Shown here: positions 46,311 through 58,339 of the stretch, piece by piece
Numbering within the stretch: position 1 is the first letter of the stretch
How the letters are laid out: the number at the start of each line of letters is the position of its first letter
Source: Iphione sp. A-MEVVRFRX5
Lineage: Eukaryota
Length of the DNA: 64,000 bases
Assembly (NCBI GenBank): GCA_976226885.1
Contig: OZ320316.1
Span: forward strand, 36,084,001 to 36,148,000
Direction: 5' to 3'
Notes under the pieces: model-generated
Databases searched by the model: none
What the model was told of the DNA's origin: nothing
The model's input: the letters and a program-made list of their open reading frames with translations, nothing else
Translations under genes and position numbers: made by a program

Positions 46311-47344
46311 ATGTAAAGGCTGGCGCTGCTATCCACTGCACCACAGAAGCTGAACAAAGGTTAAACCATTATTGTTTTATTCATTGCAGGGTGAAGGATG
46401 AAGTATGGTTAGACATTTCTCAATTCATTATAAGGTACTTTCATAAATTTGTTGATGGGGGGAGACCCTCCCCCCACATCCCCCCTTTTCTTTCTAATAT
46501 TTTCATGAATTAAATGCAGAAACTGGGACGTAGGTGTCTAGAGTATAGAAGGCCAGAGCACTGTGCGCCTACCCTACATTCAGGAGGGCCACAAGCAGAG
46601 GGATGCCAAGGGTGAGTTAGCAGTAAGGGGCACACAGAGAGTTGGTGGCATGACAGTGGGACAGGCAGCTGAGCCTGCGACTGCATTCTCACCCCAGACA
46701 CACCCTTTCCAGGTGGATAGGATGGCAAGCCTGCCTATTGTCTGACATGTAGTTGAAAAGAGGGGCCCTCATGTCCCCCATCGCATCTTGAACAAGGGGG
46801 ACCAACAGGCTGAGCAGTTGAACACACGATGGCATATGACCAATGCCGAGCTGCAGCAACACATGCATTGCATTCTGCAGTCCTACCACGAGGGAAAAGT
46901 AATGTGTAAAATGGCATGTTTCTTATGGTACATCAGCATGAGATGGGGGGTGGAACAAGCTGGTGCCACCTGAGCTTTGCCAGCTGGAGAGACCAGGAGA
47001 ACAACATTCAGGATCTGTGCCCAAACAACCCAAACGGACACTAAGAAGCTGAAAGGTGAGAAAGGGACTCGAATTTTGTTGCCAGACCATAACTGGGAAA
47101 TCTAGAGGGTGCGACCCATTAAACCTGTACCTTAATGCTACCTGGCCACTTCCCCTAGTATGAGTGCCTTAGATATGGAACCTAGGACCCTTGAGTTCCT
47201 GATCACCATGGTTGTATTACTTGCTGCATTCCTAGCTGTGATGGTTTACTTACAGTATAAAGTCACTGCACACTGTGTGAATGTGCAAGTGATTTCAATG
47301 ATGGATGTCACAAGCCCTTCATGTAGTATAGGTGGGGTCGCCTC

Positions 47345-50300
47345 ATGGCTAATGCTGATAATCCAGGCCAGCCAGAATCTCTGCCAATGTAGATATACAA
47401 AATCCTAATTGGCAAAAATGCGTTCAAGGAATTGATCAACATCTTGCAAGGTAACAGAGAATTTGTCAATACAAGGGGCTCAAACAGGGAGTTCCTACTT
47501 TTGATGGTAAGCCCAAGCATTTTAAGACATGGATGAAGGCTACTGAACATGCCACTATTGGGTATGTTGCCAACCTGATTGGTGCAGTGCGGTTCAAACA
47601 AAAATTAGCTCAGTTATCTGTTGAGGGACCTGTAGCCCAATTACATTATCCACTACATACAAGAACAGGATGAATGGCTAAGGGACCCCTAGCACCCATT
47701 CTCACACCCAGTAAATGGAAGCATTTTTGCTCTCAGCTACCATGACAGTTTGGTCTACACTAAGGGCTTGTTGAGGAAGTGTAGGCAGAAATCCAATGAG
47801 ACTATGTACATGTATTCTGAACAATTGTTAGACTTAGCTCATGACACATTCGATGAGGATGAGATGTAACAAGCAGCTGTCCGGCAACAGTTGGTCAAAT
47901 TCTTTTCTGATGGGTTGAAGAATTCCAAGGTTGCTCTGCTAGTGATTAGAGAGGCATCTGAAGATTACATGGAAGCCATACAGTATGCCAGAGGAGAAAC
48001 AGAAGTTCTCCAACACTTCACCTTGCAGGGACATGACAAGCATACCCCTATGGAGGTGGATGCCATCAAAGCTGCCAAGTGACAGTTCCAAGGGAAATAT
48101 TGTTGTGGTAAGAAGGGGCATGCAGCTAAAAACTGCTTTGCTGCAAAGGCAAAGTTGAGGGATCAAAAGGAGGGAGGCTGTCAACCAAAACTAAAGAATG
48201 TTATGGTTGTAAGAAATGCACGCACTTCCAGTCACAGTGCCCAAATAAGACTTCAGCTTCAAAGGGAAATTGGGTTTGTCTCCTCACTAGCACAGAATGT
48301 CAGACAGGGATCAACCAACTATGAGAAGTAAGGTTGGGCCTTTTAGGTATCATGCTCTGTTAGATACAGAAGTGAATGTTTCCTTAATTAAGGAGGATAT
48401 TTACAAAATTTTGAGACAGAGGGTTAGTCACTGATGTGGACACCCCACAGACCATTTTACAAGGGGTTGATATCAATGAGCTGGAACAATAAGGGGCTGT
48501 CTTTGTCAAATATTCCATTTAGGGAGAGTCGTTTGAGATATAGTTCCGGGTATTGATGCATACCAGACATACTTTTATACTTGGCTGGGATTGGCTGAGC
48601 CAATACCCTATGCAGCTCTTGCCAAAACAAAACCTTATTTGATGTGGCATCCTCTTGATGTCTATGATAGGGGAACAACGCATTAGGTGAATGTGCAAGA
48701 GGCTGCTGATGCAGTGCTCCCATGAGCCACCACTGTGGTTATTAAAGGGAAGTGCCATGTATCAATGATCACACCACATTCATCACAGCCAATTAAGGAT
48801 AAGCCATTCATCATTAAGTGGAGTAAACAGAGCTCTTTAGTAGAGGAGCCTACTGTTTTGGTGGATAATTGCCTTGTTTACCCCATGGGAGAAGTGATAC
48901 CTGTGATCCTTGTAAACACCACTACTCAAATGTTGATGCTGAACAGAGACAATGTGATTGGAAAAGTGGAATTGGTAGAGGGTAGGTTTGTGGAGATGGG
49001 ATTGATACAAACATCGCCCTAACCAGCTCAAAGCATAATTCCTGAAGTGGTCAGCACTCTTGAAGAGTTGCTCCAACACAACAAGGATCTGTTCACTGCT
49101 TTTGACATGCAACTGGGCCATACCCACTTGGTCACAATGGAGATTGATACAGGACAGCATGAGCCTATCGCTCAGGAGCCCTACCATACTTCGCTTTCCC
49201 TACAGTCAGTGGTGGAAGAAAAGATCCAGGGAATATTGGATGCAGGTATCATTCATTCTAGCCAGAGCCCCTGGGCATCCCCAATTGTATTGGTTGAGAA
49301 GAAGGATGGGTCTATGCGGTTTTGTGTTGACTACTGTAAGGTCAATGATATCACTGTTAAATTCAATTGGCCTATCCTGCATATTGATTATATCCTTGCA
49401 TGGTTGTGAGGAAGTATGTGATTCTCCATGCTGACCTGCATAGTGGTTATCAGCAAGTACCAATGGAGGAAATGTCTCAATCCAAAATGGCATTTGCATG
49501 TCATGCTGGTCTGTTAGAGTTCAATGTAATGCCTTTCAGGTTGTGTAATGCCCCTAGTGTGTTTTATGAACTGATGGCCAAGGTGCTGGATGGCCTAAAT
49601 GGCACCTTCACAACCACATATATCAATGATATATTAGTGTGGTCACCAGATGAACAAACACAGCTATGCCACCTACAAATGGTATTTGAGCGCTTGTGCA
49701 GTGTGGGGCTTAAGCTGAAGCAAAGTAAGTGTGATTTCTTTTGCCCACAATCGCAGTATTTGGGGCATGTGATCACCCATAAGAGAGTCCAACCAGATAA
49801 GATTAAGATAAACAGGATCAGGGAACTGGAACCACCTGAAGATGTGAAGGGAGTTTGTTCCTTCATTGGAATGGGGAGTTTCTACTGGCAATATTCCCAT
49901 GTTTGCTCAGATAGTCGAACCATTGATTGCTATGACACAGAAGTATGCTGAGTTTGAATGGATGCCAGAATGCCAATGTGCATATGAAACACTCAAGGAG
50001 AAATTAATTAATCCTTCTATTTTGGCTTTCCCTAGATTCAATCAAATCTGCATTCTATACACCGAGGTTAGTGACGCTTGACCTATTCAGTATATGTCGC
50101 ACTACTATAGTGAGACTCAGCAGAGATGGCCTGTTATTGAAAAGGAGGGCTTTGCTATTGTTTCAGCAATCTGGGAGTTCTAAATTTATCTATATTATCA
50201 TAAATTCATTAATTGCACTGACCATAAGCCATTGAAGCTCCTATATAAGTTGGAACAAAAGAATGCAAAGGTCCAATGATGGGCTATGCAGCTTTCTGAA

Positions 50301-53300
50301 TATGACTGAGATTCAGTATATTCCCAGCAGAGAAAATATCCCTGCCGATGTTTTGAGCAGACTCTGGTTGACTCAAACAGACCCTATCTGTGATGCCTTG
50401 GAATCAGAAGCCAAAATAGCACTGGTTGAGGAGACTACCATAGATGCAGAGAAAGGGGCCTTGATGACTCTTCCTCCATGAAGAGCAGAACCAGCACAAA
50501 CTTCCAATACTGACTCAGAGAAAGTCAGCATGCTTCAAACACAGGAACTGGAGCTCCCAGGTGATATTGAAGAAGCTGAAAGCCATGATGCAGAGTATTA
50601 GCAGCTCAGCAAAGGGCTGGAATTCTTGTAGATAAAATAGCTAGGGTACTATGTCAGTCAGCATCCAGAAGCTCAACTGTGGTTGGTAGTACCTAAAATA
50701 CTCTGTAGTAGAGTGCTTGATCAGCAACACAATCAAATAGGGTACATGGGATTGATAAAACGTATGACCAAATACAGGGCCTGTATTGGATGAATTTACA
50801 CATGGATGTCATCACATATGTATGAGCATATTTTCCTGGAGTCCTTGAGAAATGGAGAGTATTGTGTTTCCATTTAAGAAATTGGCACATGTGATACACA
50901 TGGACTATGTCCTGAATACAAAGTGGGATACAAGTAAGTACCTTGATAGATGTCTATTCCAGGTGGCTTGAGTTGTTTCCCCTAAAGAATAAGCAGGCCT
51001 CAATGGTTGCACAGGTCTTTCTTTATGAAGTAATTCCCAGGCACAGATATCTCATTGTACTGTTATCTGACAATGGGACTGAGTTTATCAATGAAATGAT
51101 AAGTGGGATCTGCAATACACTTGTTATAGCATGCATCACCACAAGTCCATACCACCCAGTGGCTTATGGTAAGGTTGAACATATGCACCAGATGTTGAAT
51201 GACATCTTAGCACAGCTGACACATGGAGATATGGATCACTGGCAGAGACTGATACCCTTTGCCTTGATTGTTCTTCATATGAGCACCAGCAAATCCACAA
51301 GATACACTCCTTTTAACCTCCTGGACATAAGAGACCCAGTGTTACCCATGGAAACTTTGTTCCAACCCAACAGGAAATATTATGGGGATGAGCATCATGA
51401 GCTTGCTACCCAGCACCATCATCAAGCTATGACTGTGGTCTGTTAGAATGTTGCAAAGGTGAGGTCTCATATGAAGAAGTACCATGACCACTGAGCCACT
51501 GACATGACCTTTAAAATCGGGGATCCTGTATATGTTCAGAACCCCCTGCACAGGCATAAGGTTGATGTTAAGTAGCAACCTTCTTGCCAAATAGTTGAAA
51601 AGTTGACACTGGTCAACTTAATTGTCAGGGATCATATAATGAGGAAATTAAAGAAAATCCACAGTGATCATCTCCAACTGGCTAACTTAGACTGGAAGGT
51701 AAAAGATGGAGAGGGTGGACAACCATGCCGGCATGCTGCATAGCTGGAGATGGCATGTCTTTTGATTTGGATGGAGATGAGCAAGGGTCATCAGACAGCT
51801 CTGGTTAGTTCTCTTCCAAGGATGATATCCTGCTTGCCCAACTGTTTGGATGAGAACGGCAGCATGAGATTCATGATCTGCAGATAAACAACCACAAGCT
51901 CCAGGGAGAAGGATGGGTTGGGGTGGATTACCCTGTTGCTGACATAAATCCAGTGGATCAGGTGCACAGACCTAATAATAATTTAGGACCAAATCCTGTG
52001 GCCAGGGACCAGGAAGAAGGGTTACATGCATTGCATAACCAGCAGGTTACCTGTGTAGACCAGCGACATGAGGCAGGAGCTGAGACCATGGTTCCAGTCA
52101 ACTCACCAGATAGCCAAGAAGTAGGGAGGAACCCTAATGTGAACATGAACAACCTATTATGAGGAATGCACCGCTTGGTGGGGCACGAGCTCTCTCCCAT
52201 GAGAGGTCCACTGATATGGACATGCCTTAAGATGGGGCTCCTCCAGTTCCACAGTATCAAACAAAGGCTGTTGTGAAAAGGGAGCAGGCAATGGGGATGG
52301 AATTGCATCCCATGCCGAAAAGGTCGTGACAAGAATGGACAATGGGCCACTACTTAAAACGTGGTAGGACTGAACCAGGTACCAAGTCTGTAACTAAGCA
52401 ACTTAAATTTATTTCTAAACAATTGCAAATTAAAAGTGAGGTCCAAAATCTTGCCAATACTTTGACTAATTTAGTTTATTAGCACATACCTTGCACAAAT
52501 TGTCTGCAATAGAGAAGAATGAGCATTAGTTAATGTGTCCCTCTTTCTCTGTTCCAGAACTTGCCATGGCCTTTATAGTCTTATCATTCATGAAACTGGC
52601 TGTTGGAGGCCACTTGAAAATGTGATCTTCAAGAAACGACTTAATGTTTGGTTTATGTTCTCTTTGTTGTGCCTTGACCTTATATCGGAGTACAACCAGT
52701 ACAAGCAAGTAGGTCATTGGTTGTCTTATGAGCTTAATGCTATGTGTCACAGGATCCTGTAGACTATGTATGAACATATCCTCACTCACCAAGTGACCAG
52801 CAATTGACCCAATGCCAAACCAGTAGTCCAATGTTTGATGAGGTCACAGCTTGAGCGGCTTGACACTCTTTAGGCCAGGACTCAGTGAGATGTCAGCGAC
52901 TCAGAACTGCTGAACATGCCCAACAGTTTCAAGATGAGCAAATGGAACTGTTTAGATTAGGGAATCATAATCAACACCAATGAAGCCTGAGGATAGGACT
53001 GGCTGCCTGGGAGGATTTATCCTCATGGCTGGTACTGCAGCGGGATTTGGCATAGTTGGGAATGAAATTCATATCATCACACAATGTTTGACTGAACTGG
53101 AGCAACAACTGTTGGAAATCATCACCATAGTGGTGGACATGATGACAGTAATCAATCAAACATGTGTCAATACTAAATGAAATTGTATCCATGTTAATGA
53201 CCTTGTTGTCTCAATACAAGCTCTCAAACAAGATCTCTGGACTGCCTTGTATACCATCAGCAATGTCACCACTCAAGAGATCTGGCACATTCATGTTATT

Positions 53301-53640
53301 TTGAATGCAGAACAGTACTTCTCACATTTTGATTATCAGCTGGATGCATGGGAATGGTCCGTTGGTAGATTCAAGGCACACATTGACCATCTGTTAGGTG
53401 GACATATGATGCCGGGAGTCATCCCTGCCATGGAACTGCAGAGTTTGCTGTCCATGGTTGAGAGACAGCTACCCACTGACTTGAGGTTGTCTTATTTGAC
53501 CAAGGATGTGTGGAGCTATTATAATATCCTAGAAGCTAACACTGTTATTTTTTAGGGGTGCATCATTCCATCTATTGTGGTACCCTTTATTGATGTGGTA
53601 GCCTTATATACTATTTTCGAAGCTACAGTAAAGTGGACCA
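47345..53640 (+). mobile_element. Decayed Ty3/Gypsy retrotransposon with gag, pol and an env-like third ORF; LTRs not identified
   Basis: gag: VPTFDGKPK, FFSDGL, PMEVDAIK, CCGKKGHAAKNC knuckle. Protease: ALLDT. RT: WASPIVLVEKKDGSMRFCVDY, DLHSGY, FNVMPFRLCNAP, YINDIL. Integrase: IDVYSRWLELFPLK, SDNGTEF, SPYHP. Order is PR-RT-RH-IN. Confidence 0.92.
52566..53640 (+). pseudogene. Env-like (class I fusion-type) ORF remnant of the Gypsy element
   Basis: Signal-like MAFIVLSFMKLAVGG, then ENVIFK, a Gly-rich hydrophobic LGGFILMAGTAAGFGIVG followed by a heptad-like stretch, and HMMPGVIPAMELQSLL...LPTDLRL...WSYY. Contains stops and frameshifts; no TM anchor seen. Confidence 0.7.
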
Positions 53641-55058
53641 ATAAAGTTGCTGTGAACACCAAGGCTGCTAGTTCCAAACTGTTTTATTTCCTTCCAAAAT
53701 GGTGTTTTTATAGCCTTTCCAAGCATTAATCAACCAATTAGAGGCCTAGCCTCACTATCTGACCAATCAGAACACAGTTCCATCAGTTGCAATAATGTAT
53801 CATGTTAAAAGAATGTTTTCAGCTAATGAATACCTTTCCTCTAGTAAAAGATACAAAGTAACAAGTCATACTTTTTTATATATTGAGATTCTGTGATTTG
53901 TGGGATGAGAGCCATGTCTGGCACCAAAGCTTTAGGTTGATACAATGTTGCCAAGCAATGCAAGCTGAGTGGTTAAGAACATTCTATCTGACTAGAAGGT
54001 TGCAACTTATTAGCTAAAACATTCCATGCCTAATTCTGATTGGATACGCCTGCATTGAGTCACATGGTCAGTACTGCCTAAAAATATAAGCCTGGCGTGG
54101 CATTGAAACAGACTTGAAAGTGGGACTGGTTGGGGAACTCGTCTACATGTATTTATGCACCCACAAAACTACAATGTATATGTAAATATCAATAGTGTAT
54201 ATTTGAAACCATCTTATAAAATGCATCTTATTGAATTCAAACCTACTGACAGAAAATGTTGATAACTTGTATATATACTTGTATATGTAATCCGGGCAAT
54301 TACATAGTTCTAAAAAAAATATAGACAATAAGGGTTACTTTTTTCACATGAGACAGGATACTACAAAACAAGTTATTACAAGCTTATGCTAGGTGCTGAT
54401 TCCAAGAATCCAAGAATGCATAGTTAAGTACATCGTACAAGGCTTTACTTAGTAACATATAACTGTACACTTTACATTACACAAGTACTTTGAGAACATA
54501 ATAGTAATGACACATTCTCTATCATAATAAGTACTGTGTTACTAGCAGGCAGGATGGTATTAGCTGTTCCTTCTTTCATGTTTGCAACAAAAGAAGTGTA
54601 TTGGGGGGGTGCCCCTTAGTAATTGCTTTCATATTCGATTTGATCAGCTCTGCAAAGGTCTTAGCTAGCTATTCCCTGGTTAATGTGTGTGACAAACAAC
54701 TGTTTGGGAAGAGGTCCCTAGGTAATTGCTTTTATATTCCCTTGGTTATTTCTGCAGAGCAAAATTTTGATCTCTTAGCTGGTTTGGTCTCTTCAGTGTG
54801 TTGGTCAACTGCATGGGTCTTTTACATATACATGTACAGGCGAACCTTGCCAACCAGAGACTCAACAACCAGATATCCTCCCTAACCGTAACCATATCGA
54901 ATAACCAAGTGTTTCTCTGTATAAAATGTACTATTTAACCAGATTTTGGTATCTGTAACCAGACTAGATTTGACCACATTATTAGATGCTATACTATAGG
55001 AAATAGACACACCTACCTGTACACAAGGGAGAACAAAGGAAGTGTCAGTGACTAACAT

Positions 55059-55335
55059 AGGTTAAAAGTAAAATACAGATGTGAGAAATGATTACATAAG
55101 AGCAAAAAGCAGGCCAGACCCTCAGAAACATAGAAACAACAGAGCGCAGAGCAACTATCAGAGGTTAAAAGTAAAATACAGATGTGCGAAAGGATTACAT
55201 AAGAGTGAAAAAGCAGGCCAGACCCTCCTAAACATAGAGACAACACAGTGCAGAGCAACTAACGGAGGTTCAAAGTATAATACAGGCATGCAAAACTATT
55301 ACATAAGAGTGACATGCTGGCAGTGACCTCCTAAA
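55059..55335 (+). repeat. 103-104-bp tandem repeat, about 2.7 copies
   Basis: aggtt(a/c)aaagta... units start at 55059, 55162 and 55266. Confidence 0.9.
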
Positions 55336-55899
55336 GTAAGATAACAAAGAATGACAAACAAGAGTTTATTCACACTTTTTCCCTGAAATTTGCCATTTTC
55401 AGCACTTTCTCCTTAAAATTTGCGTTTTTTTGGCACTTTCTCCATGGCATTTGTCTCAATCTCCATGAAATAACCATTTTTGTCACTTCCTACATGGAAT
55501 TTGCCTCAGTTTCCATGAAATGCCATTTTTCCCACCAAGATACCCATGGGTAGTGATTTTGGCAACTATATATTTCATCAACCATACAAAAATCCACTAT
55601 CCGCAGGCCCTTCAGTTAACGAGGTTTCTCTGTACATGTAGTACATGTAATGGAAATTGGTTGGGGCTGCACAAATTTGGTCCCTTTCCCAGTTTAGCTT
55701 CCACTGCTGGTTGGTTGTTAACTGAATCTAAACTGTATTATTATTCTTCTGTATTGATTCTTTCCAGAATCTGTGATGTTCAGTATAGTTGGTCATTTTA
55801 AATCTGAGATTCCACTGTACAATGTTTACAGAACAAGTGCCTTCGGCGCTTGCACTCATAGTTCATACAGACACATTACACCTAAACCTTTCATATCTC

Positions 55900-55918
55900 A
55901 CTCTCTCTCCCTCTCTCC

Positions 55919-55958
<40 letters not shown>

Positions 55959-55982
55959 CTTGCCCCCCCCTCTCTCTCTCTG
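55900..55982. repeat. (CT)n microsatellite
   Basis: Directly visible. Confidence 0.9.
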
Positions 55983-56149
55983 TGTATGAGTCAGACAGTG
56001 GCGGCGGCGGCTGGGGTGTAACCTGAACCCTAGTACACAGCCATGCTCTCTTTGTAAACGCCTCCCTGACTGGCTAGTTCTCCCTCAAGCATGCGCAGAT
56101 ACTAGCAGGCATGGAGCTCACTTCCGGCAGCCGTTTTATAAGTATAGTG

Positions 56150-56600
56150 TAAAAATATAACAACTCATAAACCATGGAGTGTACCATTTCAAGAAAATCT
56201 GTACTTTCAAATCCCCATAATTGACACCCATACAACACATTTACATAACAGTCATACACGTTTAGCATCATGTGAGTGGGTAAGCTTAATCTTCTTCCAT
56301 TTTGGATGAGAGAGAACACAGATTTAGAGTCTTTTTGTATAAAAGTACTTGGCTTTATTGAAGGAGCCATTCCAGTTGAAACAGATTCCTTAGTATATTT
56401 ATTCCTCTACAGTTTTACATATCTCCAAAGCTGAATTTAGACAATTTTCATAGTCTGCTATTTGATTTATTGAATATCATAAATTTTGTTTTGTCAGTAT
56501 TTATGGTTAGCTTATTTTCATCACAGTACTGCCAGAGGGATTAAAATTTCTCTGCATACTATGTTCATTCTAAGCCAGCAAGAGATCTGACACACTTTCA
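56150..56600 (-). mobile_element. Non-LTR retrotransposon C-terminal fragment
   Basis: YDCYVNVLYGCQLWGFESTDFLEMVH resembles the LxYGCExWG...LExxH motif at the C-terminus of LINE ORF2. Confidence 0.6.
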
Positions 56601-56900
56601 ACAGGCCTGTTACAATTTTTGCTTAACTCATCAGTGTATTTCAATGTATTCCACTTTATTACAACTATATATATTTAGTTCTCTAAGTCACTGAGGTATA
56701 GGGCAAATAAAAAGGTGATAGATTTTCACTTTGTCTCACACCAATAAATAGTTTAAGGTGTTCAGATCACGATTTGGAGAAGAATAGAGGGTGTCCGTAA
56801 TCAGGACATTGCACTGTAATGCATTTTAAGGCAAGGATATCATCTGCTGTTGAATACCATTTACCAAAACCAGCTCGAACTTCACTAAAAATATTGTATA

Positions 56901-58227
56901 GGGGAAGGGTGGGTAATTTGGACCCCCTAAGAACAACATGCTCTAAAATTAAAATGTCTAAGCCACTGTACAAAAACTTTGCTTATTTTGAAGCATTAGG
57001 GTCTGCAGCATATTTTAACAAACTGAGGGAATTTTAGTTCGATTAGTCTTTAAGCAAAATGCAATTGAAAATTTTTTATGACTGGTACAGTTTACCGAAC
57101 AGGGAGGGTAAATTGGACCAGGTGCCAAATTCTGAACAGTCTGGTGTAAAATGAATCTAGGTCCTAGATTTGTAAGTCCCATGAACAACAGCATGGCTTA
57201 GAAGGGTTTTGGTCACTATTAGTTATTATGCCAATTGACTTTGTGACTTCTACCATCAAAATATGTACAACAGAATGGGACCTGCATTCGTGGGGTATTA
57301 GATTCCTTTCATTCCTGTTGCTGCAACTTTATAGACTGTGTGTACATGCATATTTACAATGTTTCACCAAACATTTTAAAAACTAGAAAATTCCTTTGAC
57401 AAGATAACATTTCAGGCCTAAAAAGCTCCTTGCACTAGTGACAGGAGCTTTGTTGATGACCTTCTTGAATACCCGGACAAATTACCACACATCTATACCA
57501 GTTATCTTGTCATTAAAAGTCCAAAATATGTTAAAACCAAAAGTAAATAAATAAAAACCAATAAATGATTCTCTATTTATTTTCTTAAATGATGTCTTTC
57601 ATTTCAATGAAAAAATACTTACAGTAGAAAAGGGTACATCATGGAGTTCAATAAATTTGCACTACATTTACTGTCTTAGTTCAAAATAGATTGTCTTCAT
57701 ATGATAGCTCAATGTTAAGACCAAATACAGATACCACAAGATTTCTCCAAAGCCTGCTTAACAGATGAAAGAAAAGGTAATGGTTGTGTAGGTAGATTGG
57801 ACTGAGTCAGGTAGTTTGACCAGTGGTCCAATTTACCCTCCCTATGGTGGTCCAATTTACCCACACACCAATCCCCAGGAAAAATATTTTCTGCTCATTT
57901 TTGTGTAAATGACAGAGACTAAACTTGATGTTAGTATTGCTTCTGAGTGAGACAGTATTGATATAAAGTTATGATAGGGGTCTATGTACTTTCTGCTTGT
58001 AACTACATTGCCAAATATATTTGGTAAAATTAGATCAGTGAGACATAAAACCAATAATGTGTCTCAACTTGGCACATGTTTTTTGATGCCACCATTTTTT
58101 AGTTCTGAGACATTGTGTAGTTATATTACTTGTTGTTGGCTGGTGCTCATATTCCTTCCTTGCCTGAAAATGAGATATCTTGATGTGGTCCAATTTACCC
58201 ACTGGTCCAAATTACCCACCTTTCCCC
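56901..58227. mobile_element. 1.33-kb non-autonomous TIR DNA transposon
   Basis: 24-bp TIRs (ggggaa[g/a]ggtgggtaatttggacc, 1 mismatch); TATA on both flanks; an inner perfect 20-bp inverted pair at 57101-57120 / 57824-57843. Confidence 0.88.
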
Positions 58228-58339
58228 TATATTTGCAAACAAAATGTAAATATTCCGTTACACAAGAAATCTTCTCTTACTAAAACTTCAAAACAATATT
58301 ATCTTTAATCAACCTTTTTAGAAATTGGGAAGAAATAAA

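Noticed and set aside
42640-54000. A-box-like words (tagccgagtggt near 42646, agctgagtggtt near 53964) suggesting tRNA genes
   Set aside because: No B box at the right distance and no cloverleaf; at most SINE debris.
46300-54200. LTRs and primer-binding site for the Gypsy element
   Set aside because: I could not find a direct-repeat pair or TG...CA ends by eye.
54400-54900. Stop-interrupted minus-strand reading frame
   Set aside because: No recognisable motif; possibly a transposon relic, but unsupported.
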